A DNA stretch of 63,689 nucleotides, filler included, from Collodictyon triciliatum (GCA_043381765.1; 6 parts of 6 records of this genome joined end to end with filler, not necessarily neighbours in it); one strand, 5' to 3'; numbered from the whole stretch's first letter, positions 29,026 to 42,369 are shown. Notes: a model not told the origin generated them from the letters alone. Numbers and translations: made by a program.

Positions 29026-30623
29026 TTATAGGAAATCGCCCACTGGGAATGTTCTTCGGTTTGCAATGTATATCGGATGCTCGAAGATTTTGTCATCGGC
29101 ACCATATATGATGCTGTCTTCGGTAGAAGAGAATGTAAGGCCTGCAATATCTGTCTCATGAAATGAAGGGCGCACGGGAATGGTCTGAATGGATGAAAAA
29201 GTCCGTGCATCGACCACGTGGATGTAAGATTGGTGCTCAGCAATCAGCATTAAGTCAACTGGAGTGTTTTGAGAAAACTTAACGATTCTACAGGCTCCAC
29301 GTTGCCTACTCTATGGGTTGGAGGGCGAGACAGTATCAGTAATAATATAAAAAGGTGAACAATAATTCAGCCTATGATATACTAAATATACATTTACAAT
29401 ATCACGCTTATCTATTTTCGATAATATGTATAATTCAGAGCACATTCAGGAATGACTGTGTGTGGATGCCATGAAATCATTCTTCTCTCCTCTACAAGAT
29501 GACCTCAAAACCACATATTCTTATAAGAAAATAAAGAAGCGAGTCGTCAAAAGTACCTGTCTTGATTTATATTTTGCCAATACTTTCCGAGATCTAGTAT
29601 CCCAAACGATGACGCTGCCATCCTGACTAGCGCAAGCAAATTGTGTGGAACTTCCATTCCAAGCGCAAGAAAATCCTGCATCATTTGCTTCTAAAATGGG
29701 TTAAGCTCGTATTATCTCTTAAATGATGGATATTTACCAAGGTTGCGATATCCCAAATTGTGAAAACTGAGAATTAAAAATAAATGATTTCGTCACAGAT
29801 AACAAAATATTCATAGCAATTATCAGGATTCTTTTTTTTTAAAAAAAAAGTATTCGGGTTTGTATGGGGTGAAATGGCAGACCTGCTAGAGTTCCTATTT
29901 TATAGAAGTCACGCTGCATATCAAATAGGTGCACCTCTTTGGTATCACCAGCAGCCAAAAGATATTTACCATCAGGACTTGGAGTTGCAGAATTTATTGC
30001 TGTGGAGCAAAATATCTCAGAAACCTGTTCCATGTCCGGCAGTTTGTATACTATACCATAGAATATTCAAAGGCGAGATAACTACTTAGTATTTGAAGAC
30101 ACACAAAAGTTATATTTTACACTGCTAAATTAAATTAGTTAATTTCATGACACTGGGGATATCCTACATATATATGATGATAAAAAAAAACATATAAAAC
30201 GTATGAATAATTAACCTTTGATTGTATTGTCGTTGTTAGATACAAAGATGTGAGGATATCCTTTAATCTTACTGATGGATACTGCATTATTTATTGATGA
30301 TCCGACATCACCATCAAAAACAAGCCTATTTGTACGTACGTATGTTTTAAGCTTGCCTCATCAAAATAGCGAGATTAGTTTGAACATATGACGCATTATA
30401 TAGTTTTATCTTTAATTTTATTTTTCTAAAAAAAAAGTAGTATCTTCATTCACAAACGAAGCATGGTTTACACTCGCTTGTCGCAAACTCAACGAAATAA
30501 GTTTACCTATTCCTATTCAAATCCTTCACAATGAGTTGACTTCTTTGTCCTCCAACTGCGAGATAGTCTTCTTTCAAGGAAATAGATGTTGGAACGAAAT
30601 GGCAGTCAAGAGCTGTTGTTTTC
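29026..30623 (-). CDS. DUF2415-domain WD40 protein (Gid11/YLR149C-like), 5' partial
   Basis: Motifs INSATPSPDGKYLLAAGD, GFSCAWN..TQFACASQDG and RGACRIVKFS..DLMLIAEHQSYIHVVDAR..DIAGLTFS. Stop at 29026. Confidence 0.78.
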
Positions 30624-30793
30624 TATGAATACATGCCATCAGTTATTAAGACGTATAATTATACAGCCATTTTTCACCTTTTTATTTTATATTTTGCAAA
30701 TATCAAAATTCATAAACAAAAAAAAAAAAAAAAAAAAAGAAAGGGGAAAAAAAATTTAAAAAAAACAAAAAATTAAAACCCTAAATAATACAA

Positions 30794-30893
30794 NNNNNNN
30801 NNNNNNNNNNNNNNNNNNNNNNNNNNNNNNNNNNNNNTTAATTAATTAANNNNNNNNNNNNNNNNNNNNNNNNNNNNNNNNNNNNNNNNNNNN
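30794..30893. other. Artificial scaffold spacer
   Basis: N44-TTAATTAATTAA-N44. Confidence 0.97.
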
Positions 30894-31002
30894 ACGGTAG
30901 TGTCTTCTCCTACTCGCGTTTGCTCTCTCCCATGCGCTCCCATCCCGCCCCTTTGTATGGCATAACCTCGCTACACTTTGAATCGAATAAAGGAAAAAAA
31001 AA
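30894..31002 (+). mobile_element. 3' end of non-LTR retrotransposon family A
   Basis: Near-identical to ~39990-40094; ends ACTTTGAATCGAATAAAGG plus an A-tail. Confidence 0.8.
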
Positions 31003-31919
31003 TGTTTGCCCGAGCTGGGAGAAAAGGTGTAAAGTGTGGATGTATATATATTCCGGCAGCAAACAAGTGACCCGGTGTGGAGAAGAAAAGTATGTGGCGG
31101 AGAAGTCGTGTGGCGACTTTTCCGTTTTCTAGACAGCTTTTATGTCAGTGAGGCTTCGGGGTGTTTGCGGGGGCTTCTGTGAGTAGTAGTCGGAGCACAA
31201 ACTTCGCAGCATTGGCTTTGGCATGGTTTTATTCTGATGCTCGGTATTATCGCGTTGGGCGTGTGTTATGTGTTTGGTGTCTGTGTCTGTTTTCTGAGAT
31301 CGGTGTTGGTTTCTTGCCAATATGGTGTTTGTTTGTGCCTCGTCACTGGATCTATCACAACGCAAACGCGCTGCTGCTCATCTGTGTTAGTGCTTTAATC
31401 CCTTGTTTGTAACCGACGCCATTTCGGTCCTGTTTGTAACCGACGACGGCGTTTCTGTGTCGGACTCACCCTATTCCGGAATGAAGATCGGTGTTTTCCT
31501 CGTGAAACCAAGCTCCACAATTGGCTGCCGTTGCGGCGATTCTCGTTTGGCTTGGCAGTGAGAAATATTTGATATGTAATTAAATCTGGAATTATAGGGT
31601 ATAATTTTCGTTGTTTCAGATCTTTTCCTATATGTGGTTTCTCTCGATCAATGTGATCTAATTCTTAATTTGGAATATGCTATCGATAGCAGAAATTTGC
31701 CCTAGGGATTTTTTTTGGGTTCAGTGTTTCTCGGGAAGCCACGATCTCTTTTGAACTTTCACTGATTGGCCGGGGATACCCTAACGCGTTGTCACTCGCA
31801 TCCAAGCAACACCCAAGGTATGTGACATAACCGATGTGCCACTTTGCGTCATCGCTTCCGCAGTCCCCTTTCTCCCTGCCCACACCTAAGCCCTTGCGAT
31901 TGCCCCACAGACTCTCGAA

Positions 31920-32544
31920 ATGCCGAAGAAAGTCGCCAAGGAACTCGTTACCCGCGAGATCACCGTCAATCTCCACAAGATCACACACAAGATGTAAGAA
32001 TTCCACAAACTTGTCCCTGCTCACAAACTATGTTTGCCGCTATCGATACCACCCGGAAATTTGCAACTCAGGCCAGATCAAACTGGAAACTAGAAGTCCC
32101 CGATCTGTTAATAAAGGCCCATGGGTTCAGATCGCCCGATCCCACTCTGTTACAAACTAACCCACTTAATCGTCTTGCAGCACCTTCAAGCGCCGTGCCC
32201 CCCGCGCCCTTAAGGGACTCAAGGCTGTCGTTGCCAAGCTCATGAAGACACAGGACGTTCGCGTCGACGTCGCCCTCAATCAGTACATCTGGTCCAAGGG
32301 AGTCAAGGCAGGGCCACCTTCTGATTCCTTTCCACGAACCCACATCATTCAGTCGCACTGCCTACGCCACCCGCGTCTTACCCCAATCCCACCTTTCATT
32401 CAGAACGTCCCCAACCGCGTCCGTGTGCGCGTCTCCCGCAAGCGCAATGAAGACGAAGATGCCAAGGAGAAGTTCTACACGCTCGTCAGCCACGTCCCGG
32501 TCGAGTCCTTCAAGGGTCTTGGCGCTGCCAACGTCGCGGAATAA
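31920..32544 (+). CDS. RPL31: 60S ribosomal protein eL31
   Basis: Exons 31920-31993, 32181-32307 and 32404-32544 give [46 protein letters not shown]. Strong GC-ending codon bias. Confidence 0.97.
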
Positions 32545-32739
32545 ACCATATTCCAGCTTTGTCTAGAACGTACGCCCAGAGTTCCCGTTCGCCGAATCTT
32601 TGGAAACGAGCTACACCAGCCTATAGTCTTCGGTTTGGTAAGGGGCTTTATTGGATTAGACTAAGAGCACAAAATGGATTTCCTTGGTGAACACGGGTTG
32701 TGTTGGGCCAACCCCTCCGAACCGTTCACGAATTTGCAA

Positions 32740-35520
32740 TTGTTCTCAGGAAGCTAGACACTTTGATTTCTAAGAACACCAGAAGGGATCGGTTACTACT
32801 GGAACAGGCGCGTGATATACAATAGGGAAGTGCGCGTTACCTTGCTTGGTTGGGCTCTGGAAGGTTGGATTAGCTGCATCAGGATTTCCCTAAATGAGGG
32901 TTGGTTAGGATCATAGCCACCGAGAACACGGGCCTGACTGGGAGACTCACCGCGTACAACTCCGCACGCCTATTGTACAACTCCCTGTGCCCGGCTTCCT
33001 GGAGGAAACCTCTCCGCGGCAGCGGCTTGTTGTTCAGGCTGGCAAAGGCGTTGTTGTAGGTGTCACTTTGACACTTGAATGAGTCGATGCGCGCGTTGAT
33101 CCGATGCTCGTTCTGAAGAAAAAGAACCATTAACGGTCAACTTCAACCCTTCACGTTTGTGAGTGTGGGAGTAGGTGTCATAGTTTTGTATCATTCATTT
33201 CCTTTTCTTTTTTTTTTTTTGTGGGCGAGAGCATTAGGATGTACATAAGCCGTGCCTTTTGCTCCATTGTCAGAGCGACGTGCTCGGCCTTTGCTTGGCT
33301 TTCTCGCATGCGGTTGAGGCGCGCCTGTGGAAGAAAAGAAAAAGGAACAAAGTTGGCGAGTGTATCAAATCTTAAGAAATATGCAACTAGCGAGATGATG
33401 ATTCTTGGGATGGCAGCGACATACTCGAGGTAATCATTCCTCTTCTTTTATGTCGCACAAACCTCGTTTCGTGTTAGTCTGGATTCCCTGTCGAAGTTGG
33501 CTGTTCCCTTCATGGATGTTGGGGGGTCTCCTGTTAGTGGAAAAGATAATTAGTGATACTAATGGGAACAAAGAGAACCCCTTTTACTTCAGCCGTTCAT
33601 CCATAAACATATTGGCGAACGGGCAATCTTCTGGTCCTTCCCGTTTTGTTTTGTTTTGTTTTGTTTTGTTTTGTTTTGTTTTGTTTTGTTTTGTTTTGTT
33701 TTGTTTTGTTTTGTTTTGTTTTGTTTTGTTTTGTTTTGTTTCGTTTTAAATGACTTGTTATGTATCCAAATATTTTCCTTGGAGCGATGGACAGGTTTGC
33801 GGGTTCATTTTTCATGTGAGAAAGTGACAGTGTGAGACCAAAAAAAAAATTACTGCAAAAATCGAATGCAAATACCCAAGTGCGTTATAACAAAATGAGG
33901 GGAAAAGAGTGTGGGGAGCGGGCATTGATTGCATTACTTTGAGACCCATTATAATGCAGGGCTTCATGTACAGAAGTTGTGTTCCCATCGTAAAGCATCA
34001 TCCGACCATGCTAAAGGATAAGGATACAGGGAAGAAAGATGAATAAAATTAAAAGAACCTTAATATTGTTTTTTGAAATGAATACTTCCTAATTTGTTGG
34101 AGCCTTGATGACTTATCCTCGAGACATGTGCCCCTCAAAGTTTGTTATGTTTGTTTTGTTTGTTTTGTTTGTTTTGTTTGTTGTGTTTGTTGTGTTTGTT
34201 GTGTTTGTTTTGTTTGTTTTGTTTGTTGTGTTTGTTGTGTTTGTTTTGTTTGTTTTGTTTGTTTTGTTTGTTTTGTTTGTTATGTTTGTTATGTTTGTTT
34301 TGTTTTGTTTGTTTTGTTTTGTTTGTTATGTTTGTTATGTTTGTTATGTTTGTTATGTTTGTTATGTTTGTTATGTTTGTTATGTTTGTTATGTTTGTTA
34401 TGTTTGTTTTGTTTTGTTTTGTTTTGTTTTGTTTTGTTTTGTTTTGTTTTGTTTTGTTTTGTTTTGTTTTGTTTTGTTTTGTTTGTTTTGTTTTGTTTAT
34501 TGTTTTTTCCTTTTATTCGGCTCAAAGTATACCGCCCAAAGTTCATTTTCATACACGATTGCATTATCAGTATATTTCAAAAAAAAATGAACGCACCTTT
34601 GAATCCCCTGATAGGTTTGATGGAGCTTTACGGTCGGATGTGTCTGTATAATAGGGAGCGTTGATGATCGGAGGAGTACTATTTGACCTCGGACCTAGAC
34701 GCTTCATGTATATGTTTAAATCAGATGAAGGGGATATCAAATGCGTTCAAAAGTCTGTGGAGCATACTCATGTTGCCATCTTTCAAGGCGATTGATAATA
34801 TATGTATGCAAAACTTTGAGAAGCCATGAATGCACAGTACCACTGCGGCATAGGACTGGTTGCTCATGTGAGACTCTCCATCTGCAAAGCTGAGACTCGA
34901 GGTAGTTTGTCTTTGTGTAAAACATGTTATAGCCATAACTTCCAAATAAAACGAGGCATGACACAACATGACTCGCTAGGTACACTTTTTTTTATCTTTT
35001 ATCTTTTTCATTCTCTCTTCTTTTTTTTCTTTTTTTGGATGGAACAGAACAAAAGAAAAGATAGGCAAACCGAAAACAGAGCCAAAATGAAATGATAAGA
35101 ACAAAAACAAACACAAAACTCGACACGCCCATACCTTGGATTGCCGTGCCCAGCGACAGACTCTGATCGGCGGGGAATCGGGCCGTCCGATATGGGATAC
35201 TTCCACAGCCCGGCCTCGGTCTGGATCGGCAGCGGGTGGATGTGCGCAAGGCTCGACGTGTGGGAGCGAAGAGCGCTGGCCGACCGCCCCAGCGAGTCGA
35301 GGTTGCTGCCTGTGCGGATCGATCCGTTCAGCCCTGCGGCTGCCCCGCTGCTGTCCTTTGGCGGCAGCGGAGGAATATCGGCCGACCGGTTGCTGACTCC
35401 GATCATGTTGCGTGTGCGCGCGATCACAACTGCCCCTGTCCCTGTCCCTGTCCCTGCGGTCCCCCGTGCGGCCGGGATGGGTGCCGGGTGGCTCTCCTGG
35501 CTTGCTTTGTGCGTGGCCAT
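32740..35520 (-). CDS. Hypothetical multi-exon protein with C-terminal coiled coil
   Basis: GC-rich first exon (~35133-35520) and GT-AG exons at ~33250-33325 and ~32951-33113. No family recognised; boundaries approximate. Confidence 0.35.
34141..34500. repeat. Compound (GTTT/GTTAT/GTTTT)n microsatellite next to a family A 3' end
   Basis: Directly visible; abuts TTTTTCCTTTTATTCGGCTCAAAGT. Confidence 0.9.
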
Positions 35521-35631
35521 TTCTTGTGCTGTGGGATGCGTCTGTATCGCGTTGACTTGGCTTTCGTTTAGGGCTTTGGCTTTTTTCTTTTTCTTTTTCT
35601 GTTTTTCCTATTTTTTCCAATTATTTTTTTT

Positions 35632-35718
<87 letters not shown>

Positions 35719-36036
35719 GATTTCAGCTCGTGGCCTCAGCAGCTTAGCTTTCCGTTGACTTTGCCACATCCGGCTGCGGTTTGGCTTTTTTTTTTCTTTT
35801 TTTAACTGCACCAACAATTCATCGTGGGATTCGAGGATTTAATTCATATGAGGTATGTGGTGTAAATATTAATTAGGTATATTCTATTGTGAATATATAA
35901 TGACAGTGATTATTTTTTACGAATTGATTTAGGACAAATATGTGATTTGAGTATAGTTTCCAGATTTGAATGATTGATTTGTATTTTAGATCTGGAAAAA
36001 ATGGGTTGTCTTTTTGTTTACGCCGAAATTTATGGG

Positions 36037-38700
36037 TCAGGAGCTCCTTAGGGTGCATGATAGGTTGGTGAGAATCTATGTGTTGGGAAGATAGGAGAGA
36101 ACAAGAGAATGGGAAAAAGAATGAGAAAAAGAATGAGAAAAAGAATGAGAAAAAGAATGAGAAAAAGAATGAGAAAAAGAATGAGAAAAAGAATGGGAAA
36201 AAGAATGGGAAAAAGAGCGAACAAAAGAATGAGAAAAAGAATGGGAAAAAGAATGGGAAAAAGAATGGGAAAAAGAATGGGAAAAAGGATGGGAAAAAGG
36301 ATGGGAAAAAGAATGGGAAAAAGAAAATGAAAAGAAAAAGAAAAAGATTATAATTCGTTTTATAAATTTAAATAAATCAAGGCATGAAGAAAAAAATGTA
36401 AATTTATCTAATTGTATTGGGATATGTCTCGAAAAAGGTGACACATTAGCAATTTAATCAAAATCACCTCATATGCATTTGTGTCATATTTCAGGGGTTG
36501 GTTCGGGTCATATTCGTAAGAGACAACTTCAAGCAATACAACCTGCCCGTCACCTAATAATTTGTAGGTATATTCTTAAACTTCGACCAATTTTGGAGCT
36601 CATATTCTTACGCGCAATCAATGGTATTGCACGATGATAGTTCCAACAAATTTGTATGTTCAATTTTTTTTTTTTTTTTGCATGCAGGAAAAAATGTTTT
36701 GGTTTCACATATCTTAAAAATAACGTAGACGTTCGAATAAAGGAAAAAAGTAACGTAAATATCGCAACCTGCGACTACTTGAACCCCTTCTTTACTAATC
36801 AAAATAACTCGACCTGGAATGAATCCGATATAGGGTTTATCTGTGATTTACTTCAGATTAGATGAAGGGTCTTTTTTTTTTCTTCTCCTTTATTTGATCC
36901 AAAGTGTAGCGAGGTTATGCCATACAAAGGGGTGGGTGAAGGGTCTTTAACAACTAAAGAAAGTTTGAAGGTGTGTCTGTTAATAAAAACTTACCGCTTA
37001 TGTACTGAGCTTTCCAAATATATAGTTTCCTTGTTTGGTAGAAGCAGAATGCTCCAGTATATGGGTGTGTTATCGCTCTTATGAGATTGTATATTCTCCT
37101 GAATAGAGCATTATGATTACGTTAGGGGTGTTATTTCAGCAATTCTAATTGTGTAAATTCACTCTCAGAAATTGGTAGAACATCACTTTGCCGGCCATTT
37201 CCAATCAATCAGCCCATCTTCTGGCAGTCTTTTGCATGTAAATGTTGCCACTGAATGGTCCTATTATGGAGTATATATTCAAGCCCAATGTAAGTCATAT
37301 CAACATAACGTCGACCGTTTTATTCAGAGCGATATACTGTCGAGACATAATTATAGATTCTAAAAGCGTAAGTTGTCACTTTTGTGTTTTCAAGTAATTT
37401 CTTAATACCTGAGCTCTGGCTTGACAAGAGCCTTCGATTAGTTGATTTAGATATAGAGACAATATGGAGAGGTATGCCTCGTTTACCGAATTCATTACGT
37501 CGGCGATAGTGTCTTCAAAACGGATAGGAATGACCTTGTTCGGTGCACATACATTTTCAAGTTGTATACTCGGTTGGAGGGTTAAAATGTAAGATGTAAT
37601 TCATATATTCTTGTTTTCTAGACTGGATGAAATCTTTATCTATTAATATGCCAAACCTTTTTTAATTTTTTAATTTTTTTTTTTTTTACCTGCTGAGAAA
37701 TAACATCTCCTGAATCAACATCCTCAGCACACCGAAATAGTGTTACACCAGTTTGTCTCTCTCCATTTATAATGGCCCAAACCGAGGGCGCAAACCCACG
37801 GTAAGAAGGGAGCAGCGAATCGTGGAAAATATAGGCACCTTTTTTGGCTCTTGAAAGGTTTTATGAATCGGATACAGTTGTTAATACAGGGGATGTAATC
37901 TGAAAGAAAACAATCATATAAAAAAGGTATTTATATATAAGCACTTTGCATATATCGCTGCTGGTAAAAGGAATCTCCAACTAACACAAAACATTAGGTC
38001 AAATTCTGCTTTCTCCCAGAACGGTGCCCAAGCGCGAGAACCGAGTAACCTACCGTACGCAATTGGCATTTTTGTAGAACTTTTTTATTTCGATTAATGA
38101 TGGAAACAAAATATTTCCTATAGCATGTATACACTTTTAACATTACTCATGAAAAGTCTCTCCCTTACCAGTTGCGCGATGTATTTGAAACATTTATTCA
38201 TCTTATCAAAATAAGCAAAAGCAATAACAAAAAGAGTACTTTCCTTCATGCAGTTCACAGCCAATCGACTGGCAAAATGTAGATATTTTTTCAAAAAAAG
38301 GAGGTTCATGCTCGGTTTCTCTGAAGCTGAACACTACCAACTCAGCCTTCTCCGTGAGTTGCTAGGAATGTAGAGTTGAGTGAGAGTGTTTTTCTTTCCA
38401 CTTGGGGAGAAACCATGAAAACGCTTTCTAGCCTGATTTACAACTTAAAAAGAAACTATATCGCAAACAGAATCATTTATATCCTTTTCTAATACTCAAA
38501 GTGGCGTTGAGATTATATTCTTTAAAGTATGGGTAAGAATAAAATGTCAGGCGTATTTAAAAATTCTCATCCTTTGAATCCCAACTTACCGGATACAGAC
38601 TCTTAGGGAGGGACTCTGTTGCGTCCAAGCCGAGGAGATTCGCCAAGCGACGTAGGAATAAAAATCCACGATTGGTGGCACACAAGAGGAATACTTTCAT
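36037..38700 (-). CDS. Formyltransferase (Fmt/ArnA-N-like, bacterial type)
   Basis: Ten exons give MKVFLLCATNRG, VFSFRETEHEPPF, CVSWRFLLP, IFHDSLLPSYRGFAPSVWAIINGERQTGVTL, VDSGD, QDHSVATFTCKRLPEDGLIDW and IYNLIRAITHPYTGA. Stop at 36037-36039. Confidence 0.9.
36105..36330 (+). repeat. 12-bp minisatellite (GAATGRGAAAAA)n, intronic
   Basis: Tandem units visible directly in the last intron of the formyltransferase gene. Confidence 0.9.
36875..36936 (-). mobile_element. 5'-truncated family A retro-insertion with 12-bp TSD
   Basis: Reverse complement of the family A 3' end, flanked by TGAAGGGTCTTT at 36863-36874 and 36937-36948. Confidence 0.85.
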
Positions 38701-39351
38701 TTATCCTTCTCTGTAAATGACATGTGTTTCAATATATTTATTTTCTGTTCTTAGGTTTACTTTTTTCTATGCTAGTTCAAGTAAATTCCAAAAATAAAAT
38801 AAAATATTATAATTGTGACAAAACCCTCTTGTTATCATTTCGTCTTTCCTTAGCCCTACATAAATCCAGGGCGAGGGACTATTTGGATTGAAAAAAAAAA
38901 GTAGAAGATATAGCTCTATTTTCTCTACATAAAGAACCTGCCAATCTCATGGAATAGCGAATCAAATAAAGAAAGAAAAATCCTTAAAGAATAGAAAACA
39001 ATATTGTTAAAGGAATACAACTATGTAGTTTACTAGACACATACGAATAATATTTTGGTGCAATAATTTTTTATATGGGCACGATTACCTCTCCTCCACT
39101 TGAACATGGAAAGCGGCCGGTGTTGTCGCACTATTTAGCACATTTCAAGGAGGCGGTCATAAATTATAAAAATCTAAATAAGTACAAGGTAAAATGAACC
39201 AAAAGACTCTTGCATTAGGACGTTTTGCGAGGCAGTGTCTAAATTCAAATGCAACATATTTATATATTGCCCAATATATGCGACGAGGTCGTTGTTTGTT
39301 TTTTCTTTTTTTTTTTCTTCTTCCCTCTTGCGTGTAATAGAGAATTCATGG

Positions 39352-40094
39352 CCTTGGTGCGTTGTAATTTGTACATGGTCATTGGAGGAGGACCAGGCGG
39401 CCAGGAGAAGCAGTGAAGCAAGAGCTTGACAAGGTAGTCTGGTTTATGCAAACGCCAATACGCTAGCATGTGAAGGACGAGGAAAGGGCCTATATCCTTA
39501 TCAGCTTCTTCCTTTATGGCTCTCCTCCGAGATGTGGCGGTGAAGAGTTTTGAGAGGATGAAAAATGCTATTAAGGAAGAATAATATATAGGTCGTTCAT
39601 GGCTCTTGTCTGCGCTATCACATCCTGTTTGGCGCACAATACCAAATGACCCACGACTCTAGAATACTCTGGACAGTCACAAGGGGACATATGCTGTGGT
39701 CCTTATGGAGTGTGCGTGCATTCTCTCGCTCCAATGATTCACCTGAACGAGAAATCAATGTAGCCAGGCTTGAGAGCCTCGTGCAATACAGCTTCCTGAA
39801 CAGCCTGCTGAAACACGCTCGCATTCTTCGCTGCTCTGACCGCAATCGAAGAGAGATGTGGGAATGTGTCGTGCGATATCTCCTACAGCATATCCAACCC
39901 CTGCTACCCACGCAACCAATCAACCAGTTGGGACGCCCACCTGAGCAACTCGCTATCACTGATTTCTTTCCAGTGCTTGCCTCTCCACAGTAGTGTCTTT
40001 TACTAATCGCGTTTGCTCTCTACCATGCACTCCCATCCCGCCCCCTTGTATGGCATAACCTTGCTACACTTTGAATCGAATAAAAGGGAAAAAA
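39352..40094 (+). mobile_element. 5'-truncated, decayed L1/Tx1-like LINE (family A)
   Basis: One frame with stops reads YHILFG...ILWTVTRGHMLWSLWSVRAF, resembling the L1/Tx1 ORF2 C-terminal W..W..R motif. It is followed by a 3' UTR shared with 30894-31002 and 36875-36936, AATAAA and an A-tail, and is flanked by TCATGG on both sides. Confidence 0.7.
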
Positions 40095-40201
40095 TCATGG
40101 GGGAATTTCGGTTCACTGGTGTTATGCAAATGCCCCAAAGAAACATGTAGACAAAAAATTCACCGAGTATGTTTATACAACTAGTGCATGAACCAAAGTT
40201 T

Positions 40202-42287
40202 TTATTTGTAGAAAAAAGCTGTTCCTTCTGCAAGCTCAAGCAATCCGCTTGCATCCAAACATGGAATTCCATCCTTAAAGTAGACATAGCTGTGTATATA
40301 AAAGGGTTGAATAAGCATTTGGATGCATAAAAAATAAAAAAAATAAAACACAGGTTGGTTTAATTTTGCTTTTAGATATGCACACACTAAATTCACATTC
40401 TCCACAATTTATTAAAAAAAATGCAAAAGCAATATGTCATTTAAGATTGGGTACTTTGAATCGAATAAAGGAAAAAAACATTTAAGATTTGGTTACGGAA
40501 GTCTGATTGAGTAGAGAAATCCTGGTTGGAGGACAATGTCTTCTCCACACTCATATAGTATGTGCTCTTCTGCGACACGAGACAGTTTCGATTCAGTCGT
40601 GATCTGTGTTGAATCCATTCATAAGTATAATAGTACATTTCTCTCCGATGAGAGAAAATAAATATATAAAAACCCTCAATGACCAATCCAATGACTCAAT
40701 AAAGTGTGCTGGGTCATGCAAACCTTTATTTTCGGACGACTTGTGATAATACGCTCTCCCTTCGGGACTCCAATATAAAGTCTTAGTAACTGAGCGGATT
40801 TGTCTCGATATTTTTCATCACACACAGAACAGGCACGGTGCATGTGAAGGGTGTCTAGGGGTAGTGAAGGGCCCGTGACCTAAATATATACCAGCGATTA
40901 ATTTTTTTTTTTTTCAAGAGTAAAGATATCATAAAATTGTGATGTGAGAAAAGCCTTATTCTATTGGCGATTATCTTATTATATGTGCATTGTATAAATG
41001 AAAGGGAGAATAAAAAAAAGTGCATTGTATGCCATGCCATTCCGTCTTTGTGATTCTTGTGATTTTAATACCCTCATTCGGATATATTGAGTATGAGTCT
41101 ACCTGATATTGTTTCCGAGGTGTATTTAAATACCGATGACCCAGAGTGCATTCGTACTCATAGCCGACTGAAACTTGGTTAGCTTTGAACAGACTTCCGG
41201 CTTGAGATGAAACTAACTCGTCTTTTCTCTTACTCATACCTTTGTCAGGGGTATAAAGAGTTTGGCGATTGTATATATGAGAGTCATCATCCGTCGACGT
41301 AGGCTCTGGGTGCCGAGACGAATCATTTCGACCGAAGCTGGACCTTCCAGATTCTTTTGGCCGAGCCATGTAGTATCAAATGGTTAGTATGATTTGCAAA
41401 TTAAATAATCAATACAACCACATATAAAACTGGAACTATGTCAAAAATTTCTTTCTTTTTGAAAAATCTGCAACCTTTTGATGAGGTAGTATGAGCGGAA
41501 TGTGTCCACGCAAATAGCTTATTCCGGTCTGTGCTCAGTCCTTTCCCACCAACTCCTTGCGTAAGGACGGATGCATCATACACCCCAATTTGAGATACCG
41601 TGAGATAGTAAAGCGGAGAAATAACTTGCTTTAACAAGCGTATCTTGGAGCAACATGGGCGATTGGAATAAAGAACTCTCATTTCCTGTAAAATCAGTTT
41701 AATTTTTTTTTTTTTGTTTAGGAAAGCAATTTTGCGTCCCTCTTATAATGTTAAACTGATTTTTTCCCCAAAGTACCAAAGTTATAAACATACCATCATA
41801 TTGAATGGATCTTTTGCTTGGTAGACACTTTGACCGCAGTTACAAGAAACATATAAATCAAATGTGGATGTATGGTCATTGGTCTCCTGATGAATTTGGT
41901 ATGGTTCATGCTCGTCATTGTGAGCCTAGAATAATATCTCGTTCAGTCAAAATAATTAATTGAAAGAACCAAACAAAAAATGAAACAGAGTTAATAAAAA
42001 TAGAACAAAAAACAAAAACAAAAACAAAAAACAAAAAACAAAAAACAAAAAACAAAAAACAAAAACAAAAACAAAATAAAAACAAAAAAAACAAAAAAAT
42101 AAAAACAAAATAAAAACAAAATAAAAACAAAATAAAAACAAAATAAAAACAAAATAAAAACAAAATAAAAACAANNNNNNNNNNNNNNNNNNNNNNNNNN
42201 NNNNNNNNNNNNNNNNNNNNNNNNNNNNNNNNNNNNNNNNNNNNNNNNNNNNNNNNNNNNNNNNNNNNNNNNNNAAAAAAAAAAAAA

Positions 42288-42369
<82 letters not shown>

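Noticed and set aside
31994-32180. Possible intronic snoRNA in RPL31 intron 1 (short hairpins, ACA near the 3' end)
   Set aside because: No convincing H or C/D boxes by eye; needs snoReport or Infernal.
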